64,000 nucleotides of DNA from Chiloscyllium plagiosum (taxonomy: Eukaryota): NCBI RefSeq assembly GCF_004010195.1, contig NC_057718.1, positions 56,284,895 through 56,348,894 on the forward strand, given 5' to 3'. Shown here piece by piece: positions 50,200 to 61,989 of the stretch; position 1 is the stretch's first letter; each line of letters opens with the position of its first letter. Made by a program: the position numbers and the translations under genes. The notes beneath the pieces are model-generated. The model ran no database searches, was not told the DNA's origin, and was given only the letters and a program-made list of their open reading frames with translations.

Positions 50200-52070
50200 C
50201 AATGAGATGGATGATTCACTCACAGATACCAAATGTAGTCAAGGAGACTACCCAATCATAAACCAAGGTGTACTAAGCAGCGGAAACTAATGTTAGGCTA
50301 GAGAATTGGTTTAGGAACCAACTGAGGATGACTAGAAAGCTAATATAGAAAGTGAAAAATGATTATGAAAATAAACAGGCAGGAAATATAAAAACAAACA
50401 GCAAGAACTCTGGAGGTGTCTAAGAAAGTAGCTAAACTAGTGTGAGACCCTTCAACGATGCAACTGGGGAATTAATAATGGTGAACAGGCATATAAAAAA
50501 TAATTTAAATAAATATTTTGCATTGGTCTTCATGTTGGAAGACACTACACGTGTGCCAAAGATAACAGATATGTAAAGGAAATACCATGAATATCTCTAT
50601 AACGAGGGATAAGGTATCTGAAAAATTAATGGACTGGCAGACAGATTGCCGGGACCTGATGGCCTATATCCAAAGTTGAAACTTTATTGCTGGAACAGCA
50701 CAGCAGGTCAGGCAGCATCCAGGGAACAGGAGATTCGACGTTTCGGGCACAGGCCCTTCTTCAGGAAGGGCCTGTGCCCGAAACATCGGATCTCCTGTTC
50801 CCTGGATGCTGCCTGGCCTGCTGTGCTGTTCCAGCAATAAAGTTTCAACTTTGATCTCCAGCATCTGCAGACCTCACTTTCTCCTCCTATATCCAAAGGC
50901 CTTAAAGGAGTGGCTGCAGAGAAAGTAGAAGCATTGATGTGAATGTTCCAGAAATCTTGGAGGGTACCAGCAAATTGGAGAAATGCTAGTGTGATGCCCT
51001 GTTCAAGAAGGGAAGTAGACAGAAAGAAGGAAACTATACTCCAATTAACCCAATACCTATTGTTGGGAAAATGCTGGAGTCCATTATTAATGAAGAAATA
51101 GGAGGACATTTAGAAAAACTTAACACAATCAAACGGGATTACCAAGGTTTTGTGAAAGGGAATCATAGTTGACAAAGTTTTCTGAGGATATAACAAGTTG
51201 AATAAATAAAAGGGAACCGACTGATGTAGTGTACACAGAGACATTTGATATAAAGTTATTCCCCAGTTAACAGCCCATGGTATTGGGGATAATGAATTAG
51301 CTTGGTTTGACATGTGGAAGACAGAGTCAGGATTAATGGATCTTTTTCAGGTTGGAAAGACATAGCTGTGGAATGTAAGGCTTAGTCCTAGAACCTCAAT
51401 TATATTATCTATATTATTGATTTGGATGACAGGGTGACGTGTTATGTATCAAAATGTGATGATGATATAAAAATAGGTGGGAGGCCATAAGGAATCTGCA
51501 AAGAGATAAAACTAGTGAAGCAACAAATGTAGCACAGGGGATCTGGATGTCCTTGTGCATGCAGGTGCAGCAAGTAATTAAGAATGCAAATGTAATTTTG
51601 GCCCTTATTGCTAGGGGATTGGAGTTTTTTTTACAAAAATATAAAATATAAAAGAGTTATAAAATATGGAAGTCTTGTTACAACTGTAACATCGGCTGCA
51701 CCTGGAGTACTTGGTAGGTGTAATTTAAAAAGAATGTAATGTAATTGGAGACAGTTCAGAACAGGTTCATTAGGCTGAATCCTGGGATGAAGGGATTGAC
51801 TGATCAAGGACAGATAAATAGGTCAGACCTTTATTATTCAAAGTTTACAAGAATGTGGAGTTGTTTCCACGAGTGTGGGAATCTTGAACTAGGGGGATAT
51901 AGTTACAGGTGCTGATTTAGGACTGAGATGCAAAGGAATTTCTTCTCCCAGTGTAGTAAATGCTTGGAATTCTCTGTCTAAGAGAGTTTAAGCCTGGGAC
52001 AGGTCATGCATAATCTTAATGTTGGGCTGGTTTGAGGAGTTGAATTCCCTACTCTGCTCCAATTCATAAA
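50200..52070 (+). mobile_element. Old CR1-like ORF2 fragment
   Basis: PGPDGLYP, VPANWRNASV.P, QGFVKG.S motifs; heavily decayed. Confidence 0.75.
50676..50885. mobile_element. Fold-back PLE termini (variant subfamily) inside CR1
   Basis: About 85-bp inverted arms; TSD cctatatccaaag at 50663-50675 and 50886-50898. Confidence 0.88.
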
Positions 52071-52464
52071 ACTTTTACCTTTAAGTAGCCATCATTAATT
52101 TTAGTTACCTGTTCCTTTTCTACCATAATTGTAAGAATTCTTACAATCTGTTTTTATATTCCTGATTAGTTAACAGCAACAAAAAACTTTTGGAATATAG
52201 GCAGTATAATAATGTAGCATAAAATATTAATACCAAAGGCCTGCGTGCACCACCGTCTGGAAGTGATTCTGTTAGTATTATTCTTGAGATTCTTGTCCTT
52301 ATCTTTTGTTGTAACTATTGAAACTTTCTTTGTAGGAAACCAACTTTATTTCTTTTTGGGTCCAACTCAAATCATACCTGCTTCTTTCTCCTTTCAAAAC
52401 CTTATGTTAATAATGTCCTTTATTAATATAGGAAAATTCTAAGCCTTAGAATTCAGTCAAGAAA

Positions 52465-52776
52465 ATTAGATTCCCTACAGTGTGGAAATAGGCCCTTCGG
52501 CCCAACAAGTCCACACCAATCCTCCGAAGAGTAATCCACCCAGACCCACTTCCCTCTGACTAATGCACCTGACACTATGGACAATTTAGTATGGCCAATT
52601 CACCTAACCTGCACATCTTTGGACTGTGGGAGGACACTGGAGCACCTGGAGGAAACCCTCGCAGACATGGGGAGAATGTGCAAACTCCACATAGACAGTC
52701 GCCCAAGGCAGTAATTGAACCCGGGCCCCTGGCACTGTGAGGCAGCAGTGCTAACCACTGAGCCACCATGCCGCCC
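52465..52776 (-). mobile_element. V-SINE (HE1-like), about 70 nt from a CLHC1 donor site
   Basis: Same consensus as the other copies. Confidence 0.9.
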
Positions 52777-52843
52777 TATGCTGAAAAGAAATGGTAACTT
52801 AATTGCTCATATTAGACATCAACAAAATATTATTTTTGAATAC

Positions 52844-53045
52844 CTGAGTTTGAGTTGCTTATTCACCATGTCCAGTACTTCCCATTGTTGCATTTTCTGA
52901 TTAATATCTTGGATTATGTTAGTTTTGATCTGGATTGGCACATATTTAGTTTCTTTTGCAAATTCTAGGCTCTTGAGTTTCTTTTCCAGGTTCCTTAGGT
53001 GCTTACATAGATCCTCGACATTTATAGATTCCTGCAATGTCAGAC
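52844..53045 (-). CDS. CLHC1: CLHC1 coding exon (GLTLQESINVEDL...KYVP...NKQLKLR)
   Basis: taatag acceptor, AG|gtattc donor, 202 nt; matches recalled human GMTLQESMNLDAL...KYVP. Confidence 0.92.
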
Positions 53046-53722
53046 CTATTACAGAAACAGTGCAAAAGAAAATACAGCTCAAAGCACTGTACTGCAGCTG
53101 CTTCCTGTTTACATTAAAAAGTCCTGCCTACAGAATGCATAGCCAATAATTGTTCCATTTATGGTTGGAAGGACTTAGATGATAATTAAATTGATATCTT
53201 GATTTGCTCTAAATATTGTTACTGCAGCATATTGATATTTGGTTTGGCATTTCTAAACTGCAGATTTCTAACAATACAAACAAATTATGCCGTTTAAACT
53301 AAACTGTGGGAAGCTGTGGTAGTCCCGCAATTCTGTGGTCACAAGCAGCACAGACTATAATCAGGACTAGCAGCAAATGTCCAATTCTTCAGGTTCTGAC
53401 TCTTTCAAACTAGACCACTGCAATATGGAAATAACAAGCAAAAATTCCTCACAAGATGGCACAGAAAATTAAAGGGACAATCGCTCTTGTACATCTCCAA
53501 GCTATCCTTTCCTGTCATTTGTAAGGTCCTGGAACCAGGCTGTCATCTTGGTTATGGCTGATGTAAGGTTTGAGGGATTCAAACAAGAATAATGGAATAA
53601 TATAATTCAATAACCTTTTAAATACAAGAATTTTTGGAAAGTGAGCACTTATCCTATATTAAACATTTAAGACATAACAAAGACTAAAAAGATACTTCAA
53701 AATGTTTAGACAAATTTCAGAC

Positions 53723-53862
53723 CTGGAATACATGTAATATGGAAGACATCTTCCTGTGGCGGTAAAGTCTGCTTCGTTTGCTCCTTTTGAACATCTCTTG
53801 ATTTTTTTACTGCCTGCAAGTGAGCTTCTAATTCAGCTGTATTTTGTTTAATGAGATCAATT
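53723..53862 (-). CDS. CLHC1: CLHC1 coding exon (IDLIKQNTAEL...TCIPG)
   Basis: tttaacag acceptor, G|gtctga donor, 140 nt; phase 2 in, phase 1 out fits neighbours; ends in IPG as in human KPIPG. Confidence 0.85.
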
Positions 53863-54449
53863 CTGTTAAAAGAATGTCCATTATTTAACAAAATAAGAAA
53901 GAACTTACATTTATACAGATTTTATATTCACCTCAGGTGAACAAAAAGTGCTTTGCAAGCCACAAAAAGCTTATTTTTTATGAGGATGAGTGAAGAATTC
54001 TTAATACAATTTTTACTTGCCACAATTCTCAAATAACCATTTTTTTCTTGGCGTGATTTTCTATCAGGTCCCTCCAAAGGTCACGCTTCAGCTAAGAGGT
54101 GGGCATACAAAATTTATCTTCTAATTATTCCACCTTTTTCAAGTGTGTTGCACTGCTAGTTGCGAAAACAATCACAGAGGAAAATCAGAGGTTGATTTTC
54201 CTCTATCTACTAAAGTCCAGCATATAAACAATTTTGTGAAGTTTGGAGCATGGAATCGTAACACCTTTTAGGGAAGTAATTTTTCTCATCTTAAATGGGC
54301 AATCCTTTATTCTGAAACATTGCCCCTTTCTCTAAATACACTCCATGAGGGAAAACATCCTCTTAGCATCTACTTTGTCAAGCCACTTCAGAATCTTTTA
54401 TTTTTCAATAAAGTCAGATCTCATTCTTCGAAACGGAAATGGGTATAAG

Positions 54450-56085
54450 TCTAGATTAGAATGGTGCTGGAAAAGTACAGCAGGCCAGGCAGCATCCGAA
54501 GAGCAGGAAATCGACGTTTCAGGCAAAAGACGTTTCAGGCAAAAGCCCTTCATCAGGAATGAGGCAGGGAGTGTCCGGGGTGGAGAGATAAATGGGATGG
54601 GGGTGGCTGGGGAGAAGGTAGCCAAGAGTACAATAGGTGGATGGAAGTGGGGATGAAGGTGATAGGTTGGAGAGGAGGGTGGTGTGGATATGTGGGAAGG
54701 AAGATTGGCAGGTAGGACAGGTCAAGAGGATGGTGTTGAGCTGGCAGGTTGGAACTGGCGTAAGGTGGGGGGAGGGGAAATGAGGAAACAGGTAAAGTCC
54801 CCACTGATGCCCTGGGGTTGAAGTGTACGGAGACGGAAGATTAGGCATTCTTCTTCCAGGCGTTGAGTGGTGAGGGTGTGGCGGTGGAGGAGGCCCAGGA
54901 CTTGCATGTCCTCGGCAGAGTGGGAGGAGGAGTTGAAATGTTCAGCCATGGGGCGGTGGGGTTGATTGGTGCAGGTGCCCTAGAGATGTTCCCTAAAGCG
55001 CTCTGCGATAAGGCATCCAGTCTCCCCAATGCAAAGGAGACTGCATCGGGAGCAACGGATACAATAAATGACATTGGTGGATGTGCAGATGAAACTTTGA
55101 TGGATGTGGAAGGCTCCTTTGAGGCCTCGGATGGAGATGAGGGGAGAGGTATGGGTGCAGGGTTTGCAATTCCTGCGGTGGCAGGGGAAGATGCCAGGAT
55201 GGAGGGTGGGTTGTTGAGGGGCTTGGACCTGACCAGGATTTCATGGGAACGGTCTTTGTGGAAAGCGGAAAGGGGTGGGGAGGGAAACATATCCCTGGTG
55301 GTTGGGTCCGTTTGGAGGTGGCGGTAATGTCGGCGGATGATGCAATTTATGCGGCGGATGATAGGGTGGAAGGTGAGAATAGTAGGTTCTGTCCTTGTTA
55401 CGGTTGGAGGGATGGGGTTTGAGGGCGGAGGTACGGGACATGGATGAGATGTGTTGGAGGGCATCTTCAACCACATGAGAAGGGAAATTAAGGTCTTTAA
55501 GAGGAGGCCATCTGGTGTGTTCTATGGAGGAACTAGTCCTCCTGGGAGCAGATACAGCAGAGGCAGAGGAATTGGGAATATGGGATGGTATTTTTGCAGG
55601 AGATAGGGTGTGAAGAGCTGTGGGAGTCGGTGGGTTTGTAAAAAATGTCAGTGTTACATCGGTTGTCATTGATGGAGATGGAGAGGTCCAGGAAGGGGAG
55701 GGAGGTGTCAGAGATGGTCCAGGTGATTTTAAGGTCGGGGTGGAATGTGTTGAAGTTGATGAACTGCTCAACCTCCTCGCGGGAGCATGAGGTAACGCCG
55801 ATGCAGTCATCAATGTAGCAGAGGAAGAGGTGGGGAATGGTGCCGGAAGATGGACTGTTCTACGTAGCCAACAAAGAGACAGGCATAGCTGGGACCCATG
55901 CGGGTGCCCATGGCTACCCCTTTTGTCTGGAGGAAGTGGGAGGATTCAAAGGAGAAATTGTTAAGGGTGAGGACCAGTTCAGCCAAACGAATGGGAGTGT
56001 CAGTGGAAAGGTACTGGTGGGGACATTGGGAGAGGAAGAAATGGAGGGCTTGGAGGCCCTGGTCATGGTGGATGGAAGTGTAGAG
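54450..56085 (-). mobile_element. Penelope-like element, 5'-truncated (RT, GIY-YIG, terminus)
   Basis: GVAMGT and YIDD in RT; CTSTNVIYCIRC..C...IGET...RFREHL; perfect TSD ggaaatgggtataag at 54435-54449 and 56086-56100. Confidence 0.92.
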
Positions 56086-56647
56086 GGAAATGGGTATAAG
56101 CCCAACTGCAACCTTTTTCCATAAGTAAACTTCTTCTTGCTAAGAATCCTTCACATATCTCCAAAGTGACTCTCCACTTTATTGAATATCTTTTCAACTG
56201 GAAGTTGAGCAATCAGCTGGTTGCTTAGGATATGGGATAGCTACATAAAATTTGGAAAGAGACACATTTCAGAAACCCGAGAAAAGAGACATGAAAAGAA
56301 AACCATATTGGCATGCATAACTTCCTATAAATACTTTTGTATTGTACATAGAACTATGTAATTTGAATGCTTTCAAAATTGTTAACATTGATTAGGTATT
56401 TACATGTTCCATTTGTGAAATTAGATCTGATGTCACAGCTTCCATTGATAATTAGCTTTTACACAATCTTCTGTTAAAACAATATAAGTAAGCCTCTACC
56501 TATGGATGCTCAAACCAATAGGTATTGGTTTGAGCATCCAAGATCAGCCTGCTTGGTTGATCTTTTTCTACAACTGAAAACCTGCAAATACAAGGAGACA
56601 TCCATGTGCAAACTCAACACTTACTGCAAAAACATGATTGCGTTACT

Positions 56648-56880
56648 TGAAATAACTCTTCAAAGTCTGGCATCCCATCACTAATCATGCTTTATTTACA
56701 AATGCATAGCCTTTGAGTATGGCACTGCCTCACCTTGAGTCAGACATTAAGTGGACCCAATATCCCTGATATTCACCCTTTTATGTCAACCAAATTTCCC
56801 TGATTGGACCAGATTAACAGCCCCAATCAAAGAATTCATACTCTAAGGTCCAGCTGGCTGACCTTGTTACAATCACTAAC
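56648..56880 (-). mobile_element. Probable solo LTR
   Basis: Minus strand: tagtgattgtaac start, CCAAT boxes, cataaaag TATA-like, AATAAA, TTTCA end. Confidence 0.45.
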
Positions 56881-57212
56881 CACTAAATATTATCATTCAT
56901 CTGTGAAACAAAAGCAAAAAAAAGCTGCAAAATAGACTGAAAATGCTCTTAGTTATCATTAAACAGGATTCTGAAATGTACTTATTTTTCAATGCCAAGC
57001 AACTCTGAATATCCAATTTCAATATTGAGAACCACAAATTAGTGTTGTGGAGTCAGAATATTGAGAGATTAAGAACTGGATTTTACACTGAGGCCAGCTT
57101 CTTGCATCCCAAAATAAATTTTAGCGGCAAGTTACTTCGAATTGGTTGGCTTGTTGTGCTTTATCAAGTAACAATCCATTAATTAGTATGAGGTAGATCA
57201 TCTGTCCATATC

Positions 57213-59274
57213 TGGATTAGAATGGTGCTAGAAAAGCACAGCAGGTCAGGCAGCATCCAATGAGCAGGAAAATCGACATTTTGGGCAAAAGCCCTTCATC
57301 AGGAAGACAGACAGAGTGCCTGCAGGGTGGAGAGATAAATGAGAGGAGGGTGGGGATGGGGAGAAAGTAGCATTGAGTATAATAGGTGAATGAGGGTGGG
57401 GATGAAGGTGATAGGTCAGAGAGGAGGGTAGAGTGGATAGGTGGAAAGTAAGATAGGCAGGTAGGACAAGTCATGGGGACAGTGCTGAGTTGGGAGTTCG
57501 GAGCTGGGGTAAGGGGAAATGAGGAAACTGGTGAAGTCCACATTGATTCACAAGCCTGATCACCCTGGCCGACCCATTGTCTCAGCATGCTCCTGCCCCA
57601 CCAAAATCATCTCTACCTACCTCGACACTGTCCTATCCCCCCTCGTACAGGAACTCCCCACATATGTTTGAGACACCACCCATGCCCTCCACCTCCTCCA
57701 AGACTTCCATTTCCCCGGTCCCCAACGCCTCATCTTCACCATGGATATCCAATCCCTCTACACCTCCATCTGCCATGACCAGAGCCTCCAAGCCCTCCGT
57801 TTCTTCCTCTCCCGACGTCCCCAACAGTACCCTTCCACCGGCACTCTCATTCGTTTGGATGAACTGGTCCTCACCCTTAATAATTTCTCCCTCAAATCCT
57901 CCTACTTCCTCCGGACCAAAGGGGTAGCCATGGGCACACATAGGGGCCTCAGCTATGCCTGTCTCTTTGTTCGCTACGTAGAACAGTCCATCTTCCGTAG
58001 TTACACCGGCACCACTCCTCACCTCTTCCTCCGCTACATTAATGACTGCATTGGCGCCACCTTGTGCTCCCGCGAGGTGTTTGAGCAATTCATCAACTTC
58101 ACCAACACATTCCACCCTGACCTTAAATTTACCTGGACCATCTCTGACACCTTCCTCCCCTTTCTGGACCTCTCCATCTCCATTAATGACAACCGCCTTG
58201 ACACCAACATTTTTTACAANNNNNNNNNNNNNNNNNNNNNNNNNNNNNNNNNNNNNNNNNNNNNNNNNNNNNNNNNNNNNNNNNNNNNNNNNNNNNNNNN
58301 NNNNNNNNNNNNNNNNNNNNNNNNNNNNNNNNNNNNNNNNNNNNNNNNNNNNNNNNNNNNNNNNNNNNNNNNNNNNNNNNNNNNNNNNNNNNNNNNNNNN
58401 NNNNNNNNNNNNNNNNNNNNNNNNNNNNNNNNNNNNNNNNNNNNNNNNNNNNNNNNNNNNNNNNNNNNNNNNNNNNNNNNNNNNNNNNNNNNNNNNNNNN
58501 NNNNNNNNNNNNNNNNNNNNNNNNNNNNNNNNNNNNNNNNNNNNNNNNNNNNNNNNNNNNNNNNNNNNNNNNNNNNNNNNNNNNNNNNNNNNNNNNNNNN
58601 NNNNNNNNNNNNNNNNNNNNNNNNNNNNNNNNNNNNNNNNNNNNNNNNNNNNNNNNNNNNNNNNNNNNNNNNNNNNNNNNNNNNNNNNNNNNNNNNNNNN
58701 NNNNNNNNNNNNNNNNNNNNNNNNNNNNNNNNNNNNNNNNNNNNNNNNNNNNNNNNNNNNNNNNNNNNNNNNNNNNNNNNNNNNNNNNNNNNNNNNNNNN
58801 NNNNNNNNNNNNNNNNNNNNNNNNNNNNNNNNNNNNNNNNNNNNNNNNNNNNNNNNNNNNNNNNNNNNNNNNNNNNNNNNNNNNNNNNNNNNNNNNNNNN
58901 NNNNNNNNNNNNNNNNNNNNNNNNNNNNNNNNNNNNNNNNNNNNNNNNNNNNNNNNNNNNNNNNNNNNNNNNNNNNNNNNNNNNNNNNNNNNNNNNNNNN
59001 NNNNNNNNNNNNNNNNNNNNNNNNNNNNNNNNNNNNNNNNNNNNNNNNNNNNNNNNNNNNNNNNNNNNNNNNNNNNNNNNNNNNNNNNNNNNNNNNNNNN
59101 NNNNNNCCCACTTATCTCTCCACCCTGCAGGCACTCTGCCTCTATTCCTGATGAAGGGCTTTTGCCCGAAACGTCAATTTTCCTGCTCCTCGGATGCTGC
59201 CTGACCTGCTGTGCTTTTCCAGCACCACTCTAATCTAGAATCTGGTTTCCAGCATCTGCAGCCCTTGTTTTAAC
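57213..59274 (+). mobile_element. Penelope-like element with inverted 5' pseudo-LTR, spanning gap 58220-59106
   Basis: Inverted terminus 57213 to about 57550, RT (MDIQSLYTSI, GVAMGT, RYIND), direct terminus 59107-59274; TSD catctgtccatatc at 57199-57212 and 59275-59288. Confidence 0.92.
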
Positions 59275-60795
59275 CATCTGTCCATATCCACAAGACTATT
59301 CTGTCTCAAAGTTGTTAGTGGAGGCTACCATTGGTGTGAAAGGTAGACCAAGGAGATATGCCAATATGTCGCTGGAACCAGGCTGCCAGACCCCATGACA
59401 TGGAAGTAGAGGGCATGTTGGACATGGGGAGACAAAACTGCGAGTGGGGGCTTCCAATTGACACACTAGGGCAGTTGTAACAAGCAGCCATTTCACTGAT
59501 CAGCAACTGTAAAGTTAAACCTGCCAGGCAACATTGGGCACAGATTCCGCCTAACTGCCTATTAAACAGAACAGCAACTTCTTTACACCATTGGGCTGAA
59601 GTATTTTGTTTACTTTGACAGATTTATGAACACCTAAGAGGATTGTGTATTTTTAAGTAGATTTTGAAGCAGATGGTTCATGTTTACAAAATTGTGAGGT
59701 GTTCATGTTATTATAGAGCTTACAAGTTTTATCTATATAGTGGATACTAGGGAACATTTAGTATGAGGAGGTGACCAGCACTTTAGGGAGGGTTGGAGTG
59801 GTGAGACGGAAATGGAAGCTGGCAGGCCTGACTCCAGCCAATTCTTGACATTCCGTCATGAAAATAGCTTTGGCAGGCACTACTGGATAGGAGGTGGAAT
59901 TGTGACTCTCATGACTGTCAATTCTTGCCTCTAAGATGATTGGTCTTTGGACTCAGTTAAAGGGTTAGGATTGGGCCTGACTGTTTCCTCTAACACTAAA
60001 GCTTTCATGGTTTGTGGGGTTAGTTCGGGAACACTCCATCAGCATGAGGCAGTCAAGCATATTGCACCCTCTGTTTGCATATTTTACATCCAACGGTGGT
60101 ACCTAATATGAACTCCAGCATTGGCTATCATAGTAGGATCCCATAGACCACATTCCAACAGCACAACAGTTCTGTCAGCACCTGAATAATACTGATCTGA
60201 TTTTTAAAAAATATGTATACTTCTTTAGGGTCCAGACTGTTATGGTAGCTTAGACTCATCCAAGAAGTTCACATAGGGAGGCCAGTACACCTGTCAGCAC
60301 TACAACACTGGGTCCTGTCTGAAGCTCTTGAATGGAATTTCCAGGCTAGGAAGGTTTCATTCCCTCTGTATGCCATTTGCCTTACAAAAGACAAGTAGTT
60401 TCACCACTCACTAGGCTCATTAAATCTGTGAAATGGCTAAATCTTAGTGCAATCAGGTATTTATCTTTCCTGTACGTTCTATGTGATCTCCATCAGAGAT
60501 ACAGCAGGACCTGGTAAAATCCACATGTAATTTCAAGACTGTAGCATTTCTATATTTTCTGCTTATGTTTTGTAATTAGTAACGTATTACTTGAAAGCTT
60601 TAGAAGTATTACAATTGTTCACAAATTGACCATACTATATTATTTTTAAATGTCTTTTCTAGTTGTCCCAAGTATTAAGGAAGAGTAATCAAACACTATA
60701 TGATTGGAATTCCTAATTTGTTTGGAACATCAAATAATTCTCACAAGATGATTTATGAGCTATGAAAAGATCTCTGCTAAGGATTCTTTTCCTAC

Positions 60796-60983
60796 TTGTT
60801 TTGAAGCTGTATGGCTCTTTTTTTGTAAGCCACGTAAGTCATTGGTTCAAAGGCCATAGATTTCAGCTTTCTCCGTAGAAACAGAGAATCTTCTTTCCCT
60901 TTATGTAAAACATTGATACTTTCTTCATACTCTTGTTTGATGGATGTGAGGATATTTTTGTATGCTGTTGCATTTTCAATGAC
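60796..60983 (-). CDS. CLHC1: CLHC1 coding exon (first visible; VIENATAYKNILTSIKQEY...KKRAIQLQNK)
   Basis: tttcacag acceptor, AA|gtagg donor, 188 nt; peptide resembles recalled human CLHC1 VIEHITAYKSILTSIKKEY...RKRTIQLEAK. Confidence 0.92.
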
Positions 60984-61459
60984 CTGTGAAATGAAACAAA
61001 TACGTACATAACACACTTGAACACATGTTCATGTATCTACACATATTCTTCGTTTTTTGTTTTAAATTGATTGTATGACCAATGTTTCTGTAATTATGTT
61101 TCTCCATTTGATATGGGGTAGAGTTTCCACTTTAAGCTGAAATCTTAATGCAAATTGTTTCCCTTATGTTTCTCTTCCTCACCCCAACACACCTCCAACT
61201 CTTCTCAAACTTACTTGTATTACATAAAATGCAAAATCTGCCACAAATCAGTGCTGTTTATTATTTTAAAATAATGTCTTCAATAAAATTTTGCTTAAAA
61301 ATGATATATTTAATATTGGTAACTTGGTAACATTTACTTTCTAGTTCTGTGAATTTATCATTAAAAAAGTGTAATATCAACCCATCTACTTAGTAACCCA
61401 ATTATAAACTGCTTAAGTTTCCTGCTCACTTCACTTTTTTTTCCACCACCAAATCGTTA

Positions 61460-61868
61460 CCACCCGAAGCCTGGAGAAGGAATGCCTCATATTTTGCCTT
61501 GGGACCCTGCAACCACACAGGATAAATGTGGATTTCAACAGCTTCTTCATTTCCCCTCCGCCTCAAATTATTCCCAGTCCCAAGCCTCCAACTCGGCACC
61601 ACCTTCCGGACCTGTGCATCACTGTCCCCTCTGACCTATCACCTTCTCCCTCACCTTCATCCCCCTATCGCTATCCCAGCTACCTCCCCCCAACCCCAAC
61701 CCCCTCCCATTTATCTTTCAGCCCCAACCCACAAGCCTCATTCCTGAAGAAGGGCTTATGCCTGAAACGTTGATTGTCCTGCTTCCTGGATGCTGCCTGA
61801 CCTGCTGTGCTTTTCCAGCACCACACTCTCGACTCTGATCTCCAGCACCTGCAGTCCTCAATTTCTCC
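61460..61868 (+). mobile_element. PLE 3' fragment
   Basis: LEKECLIFCLGTLQP..INVDF ORF C-terminus; ctgaagaagggcttatgcctgaaacgtt at 61744. Confidence 0.85.
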
Positions 61869-61989
61869 GGGTTTTTCCAACAATCAACAATGTTTCATTG
61901 TTATCATTAGACTCTTAATTCCAGAATTTCTTTTGTATTGATTTCAAATTCTTCAACCTGAACATTCCCTGGGTCTCTGGATTAACAGT

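Noticed and set aside
54513..54544. 16-bp tandem duplication gacgtttcaggcaaaa in a PLE terminus
   Set aside because: Real, but best explained as simple slippage; not a tandem ribozyme because only half the core is repeated
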